A stretch of 64,000 bases of DNA, taken from contig OZ037765.1 of the NCBI GenBank assembly GCA_964035545.1, positions 28,891,504-28,955,503 of the forward strand. Reading direction: 5' to 3'. The notes under the pieces were generated by a model. That model was not told the origin of the DNA. It made no database searches and saw only the letters and a program-made list of their open reading frames with translations. This DNA is from Bugula neritina. Taxonomy: Eukaryota > Animalia > Bryozoa. The position numbers were made by a program, and so were the translations under genes. Of this stretch, positions 37,990 through 50,700 are shown piece by piece. Every line of letters begins with the position of its first letter. Position 1 is the first letter of the stretch.

Positions 37990-40900
37990 ATGATGAAGGT
38001 GGAGACAAAATTTGGTGTAATGTCACAAGACCTGGGCTCAGCAACTATGTTGAAACAGACTCCCTCTACTCACAAAAGGCCCATTTACTTGACAAAGACG
38101 CAGCCTACAATACTGAGTAGAGTCAGCAGATCAAACCCTGTTGCCTCAACTATAGTTAAAGTTGAACCTTCAAATGAAAGTGAACTGGTTATTGTGGATG
38201 CTCTTAGTGCACATGCTTACACACCACATGGACCTAATGCCATACACAACTACTCATCAGCTAGAGCTGCCCTAGTGCTAGACAAAACTCCACAAGTATG
38301 TTTTATCACAAACAACTATATTCTGTTTCATTCGCCACTCACAGTTTCTCTTAATTTTCTACCTGAAAATATATGTCAAACGATTAGAAGTAAACCAAAA
38401 TTTACTCAAAGCCAAATGAGTCTTAATATTTTAGACGCAACACCAGATCTTTAAATGAAACTACCAATTTTTGTGATGTATAAAAGGGTAGTGCCATTTT
38501 CATAGCTTTCTTACAATTACAAGTAGTCTTCAGTTGACATCATGTGTTTGCTAGCTGGCTGCAATATTTTTGGTAGGTCAAAAGAAAATTGGAGTTGGAG
38601 CCTAGGACTCCGGTTTTAAATTGCGGGACGCCAACCTTCTTGACTCCACCGAGTACTGGACGCAAGCGACCTAAATGTGACATTACTTTAGGTATGTTCA
38701 TTAAAGTTATATCCTTTAGGTCTTGTCAATCATATATGAGAGTATTTCTACCACTTTGCTGGATCTCATGGTGTGGCAAATTTTCTCCTTTGTTTTAAAT
38801 CGCTAAAATACATTTGGAACTAAAAGCAGGTTGATGCAGTGCTTGGCTGATGGTGAAATTTGTGACTTGGTTGCTACACCCAGAGGTCTTGCTAATGTTA
38901 GTCACTATGTTATTTCCAAAGAAGTGTTTTAAAAAGCTCATTGTTGAGATATATAAACCTACATGACCTATTGTCAAATTTAAATAGGAGGGCAATTGGT
39001 TTATCCCTTCATTTTACTGTGTGGTTTGAACAATACAGTGTTCCTGTTGCAGCCATGACTGGTGCACGTTCTCCACTAGACAAGAACAGGTATGACACAT
39101 CACTCGGTTTACTCACCAAGAAATTTGTGGGACTTCTTAAGACAGCAGAAGAAGGTGTAAGTATATTTGCTGCGAGTACAGCACATGTAGTGGCTTAAAA
39201 TACAAATACGGAGTAGTTCTTAGTTGTTGATGCTTCTAGTATGTGTTTTTAATACAAAACATAACTTTTTAAATACAAGCCACGTTATTGTTCCACTGCT
39301 TGAATTTGTTTTACTGATTGTTGCCACTTTTTCTAGATTCTAGACTTGAATGTAGCTGCAGAAACCCTGGGAGTTCAAAAACGGCGTATCTATGACATCA
39401 CCAATGTCCTTGAGGGGATTAATTTGATCCGAAAGAAGTCCAAGAACAACATACAGTGGAGGTGTGTGTGTGTGTGTGTGCAACGAGGTGTTGAATCACA
39501 TATAATATGCTCGTCATAAAATAGCATTAAAACCATGAAGTTTATAATCAAACTGCTCTTCAGGCAAGAAAATTTCTAAGACTATTTTCATATATTTTCC
39601 AATTGATTCAGCATTGCTCTATTGTGTTGCTGGTCTCTTTCCAGGGGACCTCTGATTCATGATGATGGGTTTGAAGATAGCCGACCTCAAACTAATTCTC
39701 ATAAACCTGCTATAGATCTCCGTACTGGTATGAATCTACTTAATCCGTCTCCATATCTGTTGTTGTCTCCCTTTTTTTACAGACTCAAACTTACACAACC
39801 ATATTTCCATGAGTTGTTCTCCCCATTTATATTGGCAATAAAGATATACTAACTGCAATCGGTTGGTAATTCTGGTGCTATTTATGCACAAATATCTTTG
39901 AGAAAGATTTAAATATTTCTGGTGCATCAGTAAACTTCCTATTACTGACTTGGTTTACTACAAATTAGTTTATCAGTCAATAGCTGTGGTTCTTGTCTTC
40001 CTTGTAATTTGGAAACTTTCCTGTATTTAGTTACTTTTATAATACATCAATTTGTTGCATTGTATAACTCTTGAATGAATGAACTGTACTCTTCATATCA
40101 GAAGTAGCAGCGCTGGAGGCTGAAGAGCACAGACTAGATAATCTAATCAAAAACTGTACTCAACAACTGAAGTTACTAACAGATGATGAGGAGAACAACA
40201 AACTAGCCTATGTTACGTATCACGATATTAGAAAGATACCCTCCTTTACAGGCGACACTGTAATAGCTATGAAAGCACCTGCGGAAACCAGGCTAGAGGT
40301 GCCAGACCCTCAGGAGGTGTGTATTCTACAACTACCTACTGGCTATTGTACTAAGCTTCTACTTTTAAAAAGCTGCTTTTATAGTACATGTCAACTTGGT
40401 TTCATAATTTTTGTAACTTGCAATTAAAAACAATAATTTATTAACACTAAATCCTTGTTGTAAAATTTGCTACGTTTTGGGTAGCAGATGTGACAAAATA
40501 TATGCTGTGGTCTAAACTAGTTCATCACTTGTCAAGTATTTCAGCTATTTTCACAGTACTTGTGTAGAATAAGAATTAGTCCCCGATGCTTGGTCATAAA
40601 AGTGGTGCACACGAGCATATGTCAGTCTTCAGAGACTATTGAGTGCTTCTGGTAAAACTTCTCAGCATAGTATTCCCTTTTATTCCAGAAAATACAGATT
40701 TGGTTGAAAAGTAAAAACGGGCCAATTGAGGTCTTCTTATGTCCTGATAAAACAAACGAGGAGTCCAACAAGAACACTTCTAGTTCAACCGAGGAGAGCG
40801 CACATGATACAAGTTTTACATCCTCCGAAGACAGTCGAGACAGCTTCAGAAGTAAGTGTTTGCCATTCTGTAAATCTCTTGGCTGAGATATCAGGGTGTC

Positions 40901-41150
40901 CTCAGCATTACTCCGAGTGTTTCTGTCTTTTCCAGGTGCTCCATCGTCTCTCAGGAATGCCTTTCTGGAAGATCAAGACATATCACATGAGCCCAGCGGA
41001 CCCATAGGCTTCCAGACAACAGACCAGCAAACTGAACTTGCTGACACAAGCACTCTATCCACTTCTCTAGAGTTGCAGTCTTCAATCAGCGATTACTTGT
41101 TTTCCCTTCAAAGCTCTGATGGTATTGCAGATCTGTTTGAAATCAATTAA
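37990..41150 (+). CDS. E2F3: Transcription factor E2F, activator (E2F1/2/3) class, about 8 coding exons
   Basis: Cyclin-binding VKRKLELE; DNA-binding domain [13 protein letters not shown]...[40 protein letters not shown]; dimerisation [23 protein letters not shown]; marked box [14 protein letters not shown]; pocket-protein site [14 protein letters not shown]. The symbol denotes the class; orthology is one-to-many. Confidence 0.93.
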
Positions 41151-41688
41151 GATCACTGATTTTGCTAAATCATCACGAAGCATAACCTTCATATACTCAT
41201 TGTTGATTATTTCTTATTGATTTTAATTATGCACTTGTACAATATACTTCAAACATATATATATTTTTGGGCCAATTTTCAAAGAATGAGTTATGCTTTT
41301 GCCAGTCATGTTACCAACTCTTGTATTTATATTTATCTAGTCTGTAATTAGTAATATTAACATCAAATTACATTATAATTATTTATAAATAAAATAATAC
41401 ATTTTGTGGCTTTAGGTTTTCCATCAACTTTAAAATGCCTCTTTCCAGTTACAATGTCTGTGTACCTGTAGGGTAATTACAAACTGTTGCTGAGATATTT
41501 GTCAATGAGCAAGCTGTTTAGGCTTTTTCTAGTATATTAATTATTTATGTTTTTATGTGTACAATTATAACCATTCTCAAATTTACCTTTGAGCTATTTT
41601 CAACGTAAAGTATTTGGATAATTTTTAATGTACATATTGATCTTAATTTATTGTAATCTATCAAATGTAAATAAAATATTGTACAAAC

Positions 41689-42963
41689 TTAACCACCCTT
41701 GCCTAAAGAAATACTAGGGACAGAATTATCACCATGCTTGAATTTATCTATCTTTTCAGCTCTCTCTCTGTATTTCAAAGCTAATGCATCATTCTTAGGA
41801 ACTATTTCTCCCTGTTTATATGCAACACTCAACTTAATGCACCCAGTCAATGAGCCTAAATCACAAGATTTTTCTAAAAAATTAAGGGCTACTTTAATGT
41901 TTTTCTCCAAACCATATTTGCCAAGAAGGTATCCACTGCCTATAGTTGAACATGGCTCAGCCCTGCCTTGGTCACACGCCATATTGAGGTACTTTATGCC
42001 TTTTTCATAGTCTCTTGGTACTCGGTCCCCAGCTAAATATGATATGCCAGCGTTAGAGCAACCTTTGCTAAATCCATATTCACAGGATTTCTCTAAGTAT
42101 TTGACCCCATCTTCAGGATTTTTGTCCACACCTAAGAAATCAATCTTCAGTTTTAGGAATTAATGTCAACTTGTGTACTACAAAAACAAACTTATCCAAA
42201 CAAAGCATACATCACTTTACCTTTTCCGTGGACTCTTTTAGCTGCATATGAGAAACAGCTTTGACCATATTTCAATTCATCGCAATTTTGTTTATATATT
42301 TCAGCTCCTTTCGCATCATCTCTTTTTATAGTGCTGTAGAATTCTGCTAACCTGTGACAACCTGGTTGTGAAAAAAAAGGATGAATTGGTGCAATTCAAA
42401 ATAGTGACTCAACAGAAAAAGCTGAAAAATATATACACTGTTAATTCATACTACTACACAAAAAATATTGCACTTCAGCATTTGACTAAAGTCTAAACAG
42501 TCAAGAAAAATAATGATGATTTGTTATACATGGTTGAAATATTTAGCTTCCGTAGCTTTCTACAAACTACATTAAACTTTTGAGATGTATTAATTCTATA
42601 GAATATGCTCTTCTGATACAAGTTATGAATATGTATCATGGCAAGTTTGCAATTACTGGTTTAAACTACAGTTTATGTAAACCAATAACTGATTTTATAA
42701 GCAATCATGTTAGAACAGTAGTCTGAATACATGCTTTAATAGTTTTAAAACTATAACTTTATAAGAATCAAGCTCTAGTTAATGTTGGCAAGTATGGTGG
42801 TTCATTTCTACACTAACTAACAAGTTCAAACTAAAACAGATAGACTACTGGTATACTAACCGTCTGCTTCTCTTTCAGAAAGACATTGATAACTGTACTC
42901 AGTCTCAATATTTTGAAGATATGTTTCGACTTGTTTGGGATCACTCAAATCATAATCTGCCAT
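41689..42963 (-). CDS. COA7: Cytochrome c oxidase assembly factor 7 (Sel1-repeat protein), 3 exons
   Basis: MADYDLSDPKQVETYLQNIETEYSYQCLSEREADG-CHRLAEF...NCDELKYGQSC followed by Sel1 repeats (KSCEYG..GC, ACDQG..C, KSCDLG..GC). Confidence 0.92.
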
Positions 42964-43086
42964 GCTTTTTATATACTGCAATCCACAAATTAAACCCCTA
43001 AAAAATATAATTTTCGATTATAGTCACTCTTAACCTATTGCAATAACTAGTTTTTCATGCATCAAAACAGATGAGAAATGTTATAG

Positions 43087-43554
43087 TGGCTGTGGGAAGT
43101 ATACCTCCCCCCCAACCTCCCTGTATAAGTACTTGCAGCAGAAGTTGTGACATTGTATTATATTATGAAAGTTATTATAAGTTTCAAGAGACTACAAATC
43201 CGTTAGTGACACCGCAATCCCATGCGGCACCGCATCACTCTGTACGGTGGCACCGCCGGAACCCCCACCGGCCAATCAGAGCCAACCCTTCAGATATAAA
43301 CAGCGCCTTCTGGCGTCCAGTCTCAGTTGGAGGATAACTGTCATGTAGACTAGGATAATATTGTATAGCTGTTCTATATGTGTATATTCTTTTGCAACTG
43401 TTGATGACTTTATTTGTATCTAATTAGACTTTAAATATAGATTTTTTATAAACGTTAACTACTTCGGTTTCTCTTGCACCCTCATAGTAAACCATGCAGC
43501 AGTAATTCGTGTGTACAATAACACCCCACTCTAGTCATTTATAAAATTACAACA
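43087..43554 (+). mobile_element. Probable solo LTR (468 bp) of a different family
   Basis: Begins TG, ends TACAACA, flanked by ATAG on both sides (43083-43086, 43555-43558). GC-rich 5' half with GGCCAATCAG (about 43270) and GATATAAA (about 43293), T-rich 3' half. Confidence 0.55.
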
Positions 43555-44029
43555 ATAGTTTTGAGCCAGTGGTGACAATAGCCGATAAAAATGCATAAAT
43601 AAACTATCAAATTGTGCCAAAATATTGAAAGCCAATTCATATTTGCTTGTCTTTGAATTAGAGACTTCGACTTGATGTTTTCTGACTCAACCATAATGAT
43701 TTACAATAAACTTAATTATTGTTTGATTCGAAGTATGTAATATCTATGTCCTTGTATTTATTGAATAGTCTGTACTCTGTAGCAAGAACCAGTTATGTTA
43801 AACTTAAACAGTAAGTGCAAGTGAAGACAATGATCCATCAACAACAGAAGTTGAGGGTCTCTTCTATCTACAGGTGTAGTAGTTATAATGATGTTGGTAG
43901 CAAAATTTGTTTGGTTTTAATTAGCCACAACTACTACATCATTAATTTAGGTAAAACAAAAACTTGACTTAAGATACTTGAAAACACTATAAATGTAGGG
44001 AATCACAACCAACAACAGTCTCAATGAAT

Positions 44030-45075
44030 GTGATAAATATAATGATAATGATGTTGAAAACATTCAATGTAACATTTAGTTCAACTCAATAATTTTAAAT
44101 ATATGGACTACAATATCTATTAACATAAATTAAATATGAATATCATAATCATAATAAGTATATAATAATGATGATATCATTTTTAATGTGCAGTTGAGCA
44201 TCAGTGGGAGTGTAATTATGATTAATCACTATGGTCTACTTCGATGAGTATAAATAAGACTATGGCAGAATATTAGTATTAGTACCTATTACCAATACTG
44301 ATAGTATCAGTATTAACATCACAGTCAGTGTCACCGATAAAATCAGTGTGATCCAGTAAGCAGAACCGTATGATTATGAGTATGACTACGAGTATGAGTG
44401 GGTAAAACGTAAATTCTAAAGTCTTCAACTATTGCATTAAGTTTTACTATAAATACCAAAAAAATATAAATCTGAGAAGTAAGAATAAATACTATAATTT
44501 AAATTAGCATTATTATTTATTATTATAAATATAATTATAACATCCTCGTCTGAGTTCTACGACTAGTGGTACTGGTACTAGTAGTACCAAAATTGAATGA
44601 TTTACTTTTATTTTTCGAGTTTTAGTAGAAGTAAAACTAATTAAACATTAAGTGATTAACAAGTAATGACAACGATTAATTAACTTTAAGTCTAACTATA
44701 ACTATAAGTATAACATTAACGATAAGTATAAGCATAACATTATGAATAATAAAATGATTAAGATTATCATTATGAGGATCACAATGATAACGATAATCTT
44801 TATTAAACCATTAAAATTTAAATAGCAGCATGATTAATCATTATGGTTATATTTATAATAATAATTATCATTATGATTATTATTTTATAATAATAATTGA
44901 TAATAATAATAATGATATTTTAATATTTGCGATTTATCAAGAAATCTTCATCATAATCACTTTGACTTTCTCATAATGGTAATCATCAAATTAAATCATA
45001 ATGATAATCATAATGTTAGATTAGCAGGACTAGAAGCAGATGTTCATGTTGCTATCATAATAATAATATTATTAT
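44030..45075. repeat. AT-rich degenerate 3/6-nt periodic tract
   Basis: ataatcataataagtatataataatgatgat..., ataactataagtataacattaacgataagtataagcataac... Confidence 0.7.
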
Positions 45076-45135
45076 ATAAAAAATTGTTAGTGCAATCGTT
45101 GTGCCTAGTCATAAACTTTGTTCTTCAGCAAGGTC

Positions 45136-45295
45136 GGCAAAAGTTGTTGGAAGCAACACCAAGTTGGTAGTCATTGAGTGCAATGGTTTGGGAGTCTTGA
45201 GTTTGGTGTTGGGGGGTTAGATTAGGACAACAGTTTCTATACAAATTCTGCACTCAGTCGCCCTAACTCGGGGCTGCTCCTAGCAACATTCAAGA
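45136..45295. repeat. Dispersed repeat copy B (homologous to 12376-12530)
   Basis: See copy A; contains the internal inverted repeat TGAGTGCA...TGCACTCA. Confidence 0.7.
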
Positions 45296-45779
45296 CCGGC
45301 TAAGTTTATTATTTTAGATTATGTAAGAACTTATATTACTTATTCCAAAGAAGAAAGTCAGAAAAGACAACTCTACAAATTCATTTTTTAAAAACTTGAA
45401 ATACGCAAGACAGACAAAATTAATGGTAATACCTTTGTGTTTCTAGCTTGCATTATCCCTAAAATCTTCTAAATAATTTAACATAGAAACCAATAAACTG
45501 GAAATAAAATGGATATGGGTATTATTTCTAGTTCAGTGATAGAAACTGTCAGAAAAAAGATATAGCTTTTACGAATTTTTTTTTAAGAGGATAACTCGTA
45601 ATCACGAGAACTTGAGGCAACAATATTCCTATTAGAAGGCCAAGGACATTATGAAAGAGAAGTTGCTCTGAGACACTCAAATTCGTTGACAATCGCTGCA
45701 AGTTAAAGAAAATAAAAAATACTGTCTTTTGAATTTATATATTTACTGTTTGCTTAGCCTTCCTGATTATAAATTCACA

Positions 45780-47219
45780 ATGCTGAAGCCAAAAGTTTTA
45801 ACACAAGTGTTGCATCAAGCCAACAGTGGTGGTGTACAAAGTACTCTGTGAGTAGCCTTTTAGTTTTACTTTTACTTTTAGTTTTACTCTTTTACTTTTA
45901 GTTTCAGTTTTAAACTTTCAAACTCAACAGACACCAGTCAATCACAATGACATTGCCACATTCACGTTGATATTCATAATTCATGTTCATATTGATATTC
46001 ATTTTGATATCATCCTGACTCTATTTATGTACAAGTGAAACATTTGTTTATCTTTAGTGAATGCATTTATTTGACTTTGTAAGCCTACTTCAACTTGATT
46101 AGCAATAAAATTAATTTTATTAATTTTTATTGTATATATTTCTTTCATTATAACATCCTAGATTATGTATAGTAAGTTCTATCGGTGTTTCAGTCTTCTC
46201 ACAACTGAGGGTTCACTTCTGGCCTGCGCTGGCTTTGGAGAAGGTGACAAACACATCGCGGCAGCATTGGCTGGCAACATCTGGATGTCATACACTAGGA
46301 ATGGAGAACTGCTGCTTAATAACGACCCTCTCAGCATGATTATGATCCAGTGTATGGTGAGCAGTATGTGTGTTCGTATTGCAAACAGTATGGAATGTAC
46401 CTATGCCGCCTTGCCAGTCATTCACCTCCCTATAAACTAAAACTAATTTGCCTACCGTGACAAAAAATATAAAGACATCATTGCTTTGATAAGTTTGTCT
46501 GCGGTGTAACTTTGAGGCATAGTATGGCAGCTAGCTTATCAATATCAGGTATAGGGGGAGTTGGAGACTAGCTTTGAGATTTTATATTAAAAAGACAACT
46601 CCATAATTAAGTTGACCAACATTCGCCTGAAGGGTAGCAATGTCACAAAATATATTTGGCCCTCAAAAGACCTCTAGATTAAGTCATGAAATAATTTACA
46701 GCTAAAGAGTGACTAAATGCATTATTTGTATTGTGCTTTCACAGGATGGAAAAGTAGCCATTACTAAAGTAGCTGATTTACTCTTATGTATATATGCTGA
46801 TAAAACTGTTGAACTAGGAATACTAAAAGCTAAGGTAAGCTTGACTTTAAATACTAAGCTTTGTTTTGAAAGTAGTAAGGTTATAATTTTATCTAACAAT
46901 TATTTTGTAATGCCATTTCTACTTTCTATTGCGGTTAAGTAATCCCCCTCAATTTTCTATTTAAAAATATCTGTTTGAAAATAATGGAAGAAAAATGTCT
47001 ATTGCTAGCTTAGCCACAGCCTCAATATATTGACTTCTCTAAACAGTTTGGGAGTTAAAATAATCACATCCAATCATTTTAAAGAGAATTATAAACATTC
47101 TTCAACTATTTTGGCAACAAACTAATATGTTTCTCAATTAATTAGCTGATAACTGTTAATAGGCTACTGCACTAAGAGACTATCTGAAAGATCCCCTCAC
47201 ACAAGTTGCTGCCTCATGA
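45780..47219 (+). CDS. LAMTOR2: Ragulator complex protein LAMTOR2 (roadblock domain), 4 exons
   Basis: [97 protein letters not shown]. Confidence 0.95.
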
Positions 47220-47718
47220 AACCACTTTGCTGCTTTCCCCTTAGCCATTCACCAAGTGCTGTAGACATGGTGCTAAATGTAAAACTCTTGTGGTGAAATC
47301 ATGAATTTATTATCTATGAAAAATCATAGCAAAAATTAAGTGTAGCTACATGTATATACCTCATATAATTTGTATTTCTTATTTTTATTAGAGCAATTTT
47401 CTCTTCTCTTTTTTTGTATCAAGACATGAGACTAATAATGTATAATATTTATTTGAACAAAATATAGCAATAGAGATTTATGAATATGGATTAAGTAGTT
47501 CCACTAAAAAATGAATTCTCATTTCTGTTGCTTAGACAAAATTTATGTTTGTTGTTAGAACCACGAGTATATAGCAAGAAAAAAAACATTTCCAATGTAA
47601 CATAGACTTATATAATTTATAGTGGGATCCAAATAGCTATGGCAGTAAATTTTGTGCTGTTCAGTAACAGGCAGTAGCAGAATCACCAGAACAAGTTTGT
47701 TTTATATCTACAATAGTT

Positions 47719-50700
47719 TTAGAGAAAATAAATAGTTTTGATAACAAAGTAATACGATAGTCCGAAATAGAAACTGTTGGGTAAAGTTTTGTGAACTGCT
47801 GCACAGTTGAGTTGTGGTTGGAAAAGTCGTAATGCCGCATGTAATAGACGCGTGCCATTCGTTTCTTGCTCAACTTTCACCTCGGTAGTTGTCTCCTTCC
47901 ATTTGTACTGATACTCCGGGTAAACCTGTGAATGAGATATTAATGTTCCTTAACACTCAGCCTAATTTCTTCTCAATATTTCTATAGTCAAAAGATAAAG
48001 CTAGAAAAAAATTGTTAGAGAATATTAGTCTAGGTTTTGTGAGTAAATCTGAACTGCATTAAGTCTGGTTTCTTTGTTTAGGTTGATCGGCTATTACTGG
48101 CTACTATGGTAATGGTGTTTTATGGTTTTAAATTACATTGTTTCATCTTATTGGCATAATTTTATAATGTTTTTATGTAAAAGTAAATAGTGATGCATCA
48201 CAGCGAAATACTGAAACCTGAAATTTAGAATTAAGCTGAGGTACATTTGATATGAAATCCTTTAGATTCTTTTTATATTGTTACATAAAAAAATATCTAC
48301 TCATGCTGTACAAATTAAGATGGAGAAAATAACATGTTTTGAGTTCGAATTTAAGTCAGTTATCTCATCAATCTGATAATGATATTAAAAAGATATTTGC
48401 TACTAATTCATCTGTTTAAACTTAATTATTTTACAATTTAAACATGTCCATGAAATCATTCCTTACCTCGCCCAAAAATAGCTGTGAATCCTTGGTGCAA
48501 TTTTGAAGGTCTATCAAAGGTTGTATGCTTCTAATGTAAAGAGAAGACAAGTCCTTGTGATAAGGTTTCGTTTGAAAGAGAACCGCACAATATGCTTTTG
48601 ATATCATGCTGACGCAAGTGTAGGCACTGTTAACATCTCTATAAAAGAATATTGGTGTTGTTTACCACACAATATATTATAAGCTTTATATGCAGTAAAA
48701 CTTTAAGAAATGGTCCTACAATAAATCTTTACCACTCGCATATTTATGGCATAACAAGAAATTGAGGTACAATTTTCAAAGGTGTGAGAAAGTTTATTGT
48801 GGAGGTTATTATTATTCGTTCACATCAATTATTTTTGATGTTATCAACTGAGAATCAAATGACTGACAAATAAATTGAAGCTTCCTGTCTAGAAGTTTTA
48901 CATGAATAATTACTATCCATCTTAATGAGTTTTTTGTCAATCTAATTTTGCAAAAGTATAATTTAATTATTTACATGTTTTTCAAAGTCACTGTGGGAAA
49001 ATGGTTATTACTATTAGTGTCACTTCTTACAATGACCAAATGAGATCAATTTTGTCTACGTGCAGTATGACTGTAGTAGGGCTTTGAAATTCCTTAATTT
49101 GTTCCAATTTCTATTTTTGGGAAAATTCATACTGTAATATATAGATGAGATAAGTTATTGAAATGTGGCTAGGATATTTGTGTTTTAAAAGATTTCAGCA
49201 TTAAAAGGAGCAAAAAGAGATTTATAATTTATTTATCCACTCCTATAAAAAAATTGCCTAATATATTCCAATAAAATAAATCAATGATGGAGACACCTTA
49301 TCAATCCCTCATTTGATCTTAAGACTGACTTCATTGCAATTGGATATTTTTCTTTTTTTCTTGTCTATTAATGTAATTTAATATGCAAAAAAATAGTAAA
49401 ACCAAACATTAATCATTAAATAAATAGAGTATTACAGCAACACCTTTAAGCTAAACTTTGCACAATTAATTATTACCCAAGTATATATTATATGCCAATA
49501 GCACCGAATTTTAGTTCAATCAAATCAAGTCATTTTAAAAAGAGGATTTAATAATAAGCTGCACTTTCAGGTGTTAGTTTTTATTCAGAACTGAATTCTA
49601 GTTTGATAAAACTACGTTTTATTAAACAAAGTAATTATTCAAAGTTTGATGGAATAAATTAAAAAAAAATAATGAATTCATTCATATTTTTCATCAATGT
49701 GATGAGTCATTGCCTTAACAATTCATTCAGAAAAACACAATATTTTGCCAAAAATTTCTCTTAGATTGACCACATCAATGAGTCAATTAATTTTAGGTAG
49801 ATGTACAAGCTAGTAAATTCAAGTTACACTTGAAATAGCTATATATGACTCAAATATGTTAGCTTGAGGAAGCTGCATGAAAGCAAAAACAATTTGTGGT
49901 TTGATGAATGACTTTTGCTGTAAAATTGAAATTTGTTAAAAAATTCAACTAAGGAAATTATTTCAGTTGATTTATTTGTATGTAATAAGTACATTCGTTT
50001 TGTTGAAAAATACATAACTTTTATTTTTATTCAATTTCCACTCACGATTGAAAAATTATTGTAGTCATTTTTTTTTCGATTCAATAGTGATACTCTGCAG
50101 TAACAGAAAACGTGGGCACTTATTTGCCAACCTTGTTTTCTATATTAAGGGAAAATAATAGTAAAACTAGTGTGAACATATAGCAGTATGAACTTCAACT
50201 GTAACAAAATAATAACCATTAACAGATTAGTGTTACATAAACTTCAGGTAGTTTAACAATAACATTTCGCTGTCAAACTCCGGCATAGAATATCTGTAAA
50301 ACATATTGTATGGCTGTCATGCTTGCCAAGTAAAGCAAGCTGTGCGTGCTTGTATGTCTACTGCAATATTCTCCTTTTGTGAACACTTACCCGCAAGATC
50401 GGCTTAGCGGTCTTTTCACAGCATTGAAACATCTTCTTAAGTTCCAAGTGATACCATTATAACACTCAAGATTTTCATATATTTCTACAGATAAATTGGC
50501 AAAAAATAATTACGAATAAAAGTCCAGTTTTAATAATGTATGGGTGCATGATTTTATTAATAGCATATAAAACTATTTTGATTTATTATTCAAAATTTTT
50601 CTGGGAAGTTGACCCAATTTCTTTTATCTTGCAACAAATTCATTTTAAATTTGCACAGGTCTGCAGTTTAGATGGCACACTGTTATATAACTTGGCACAA

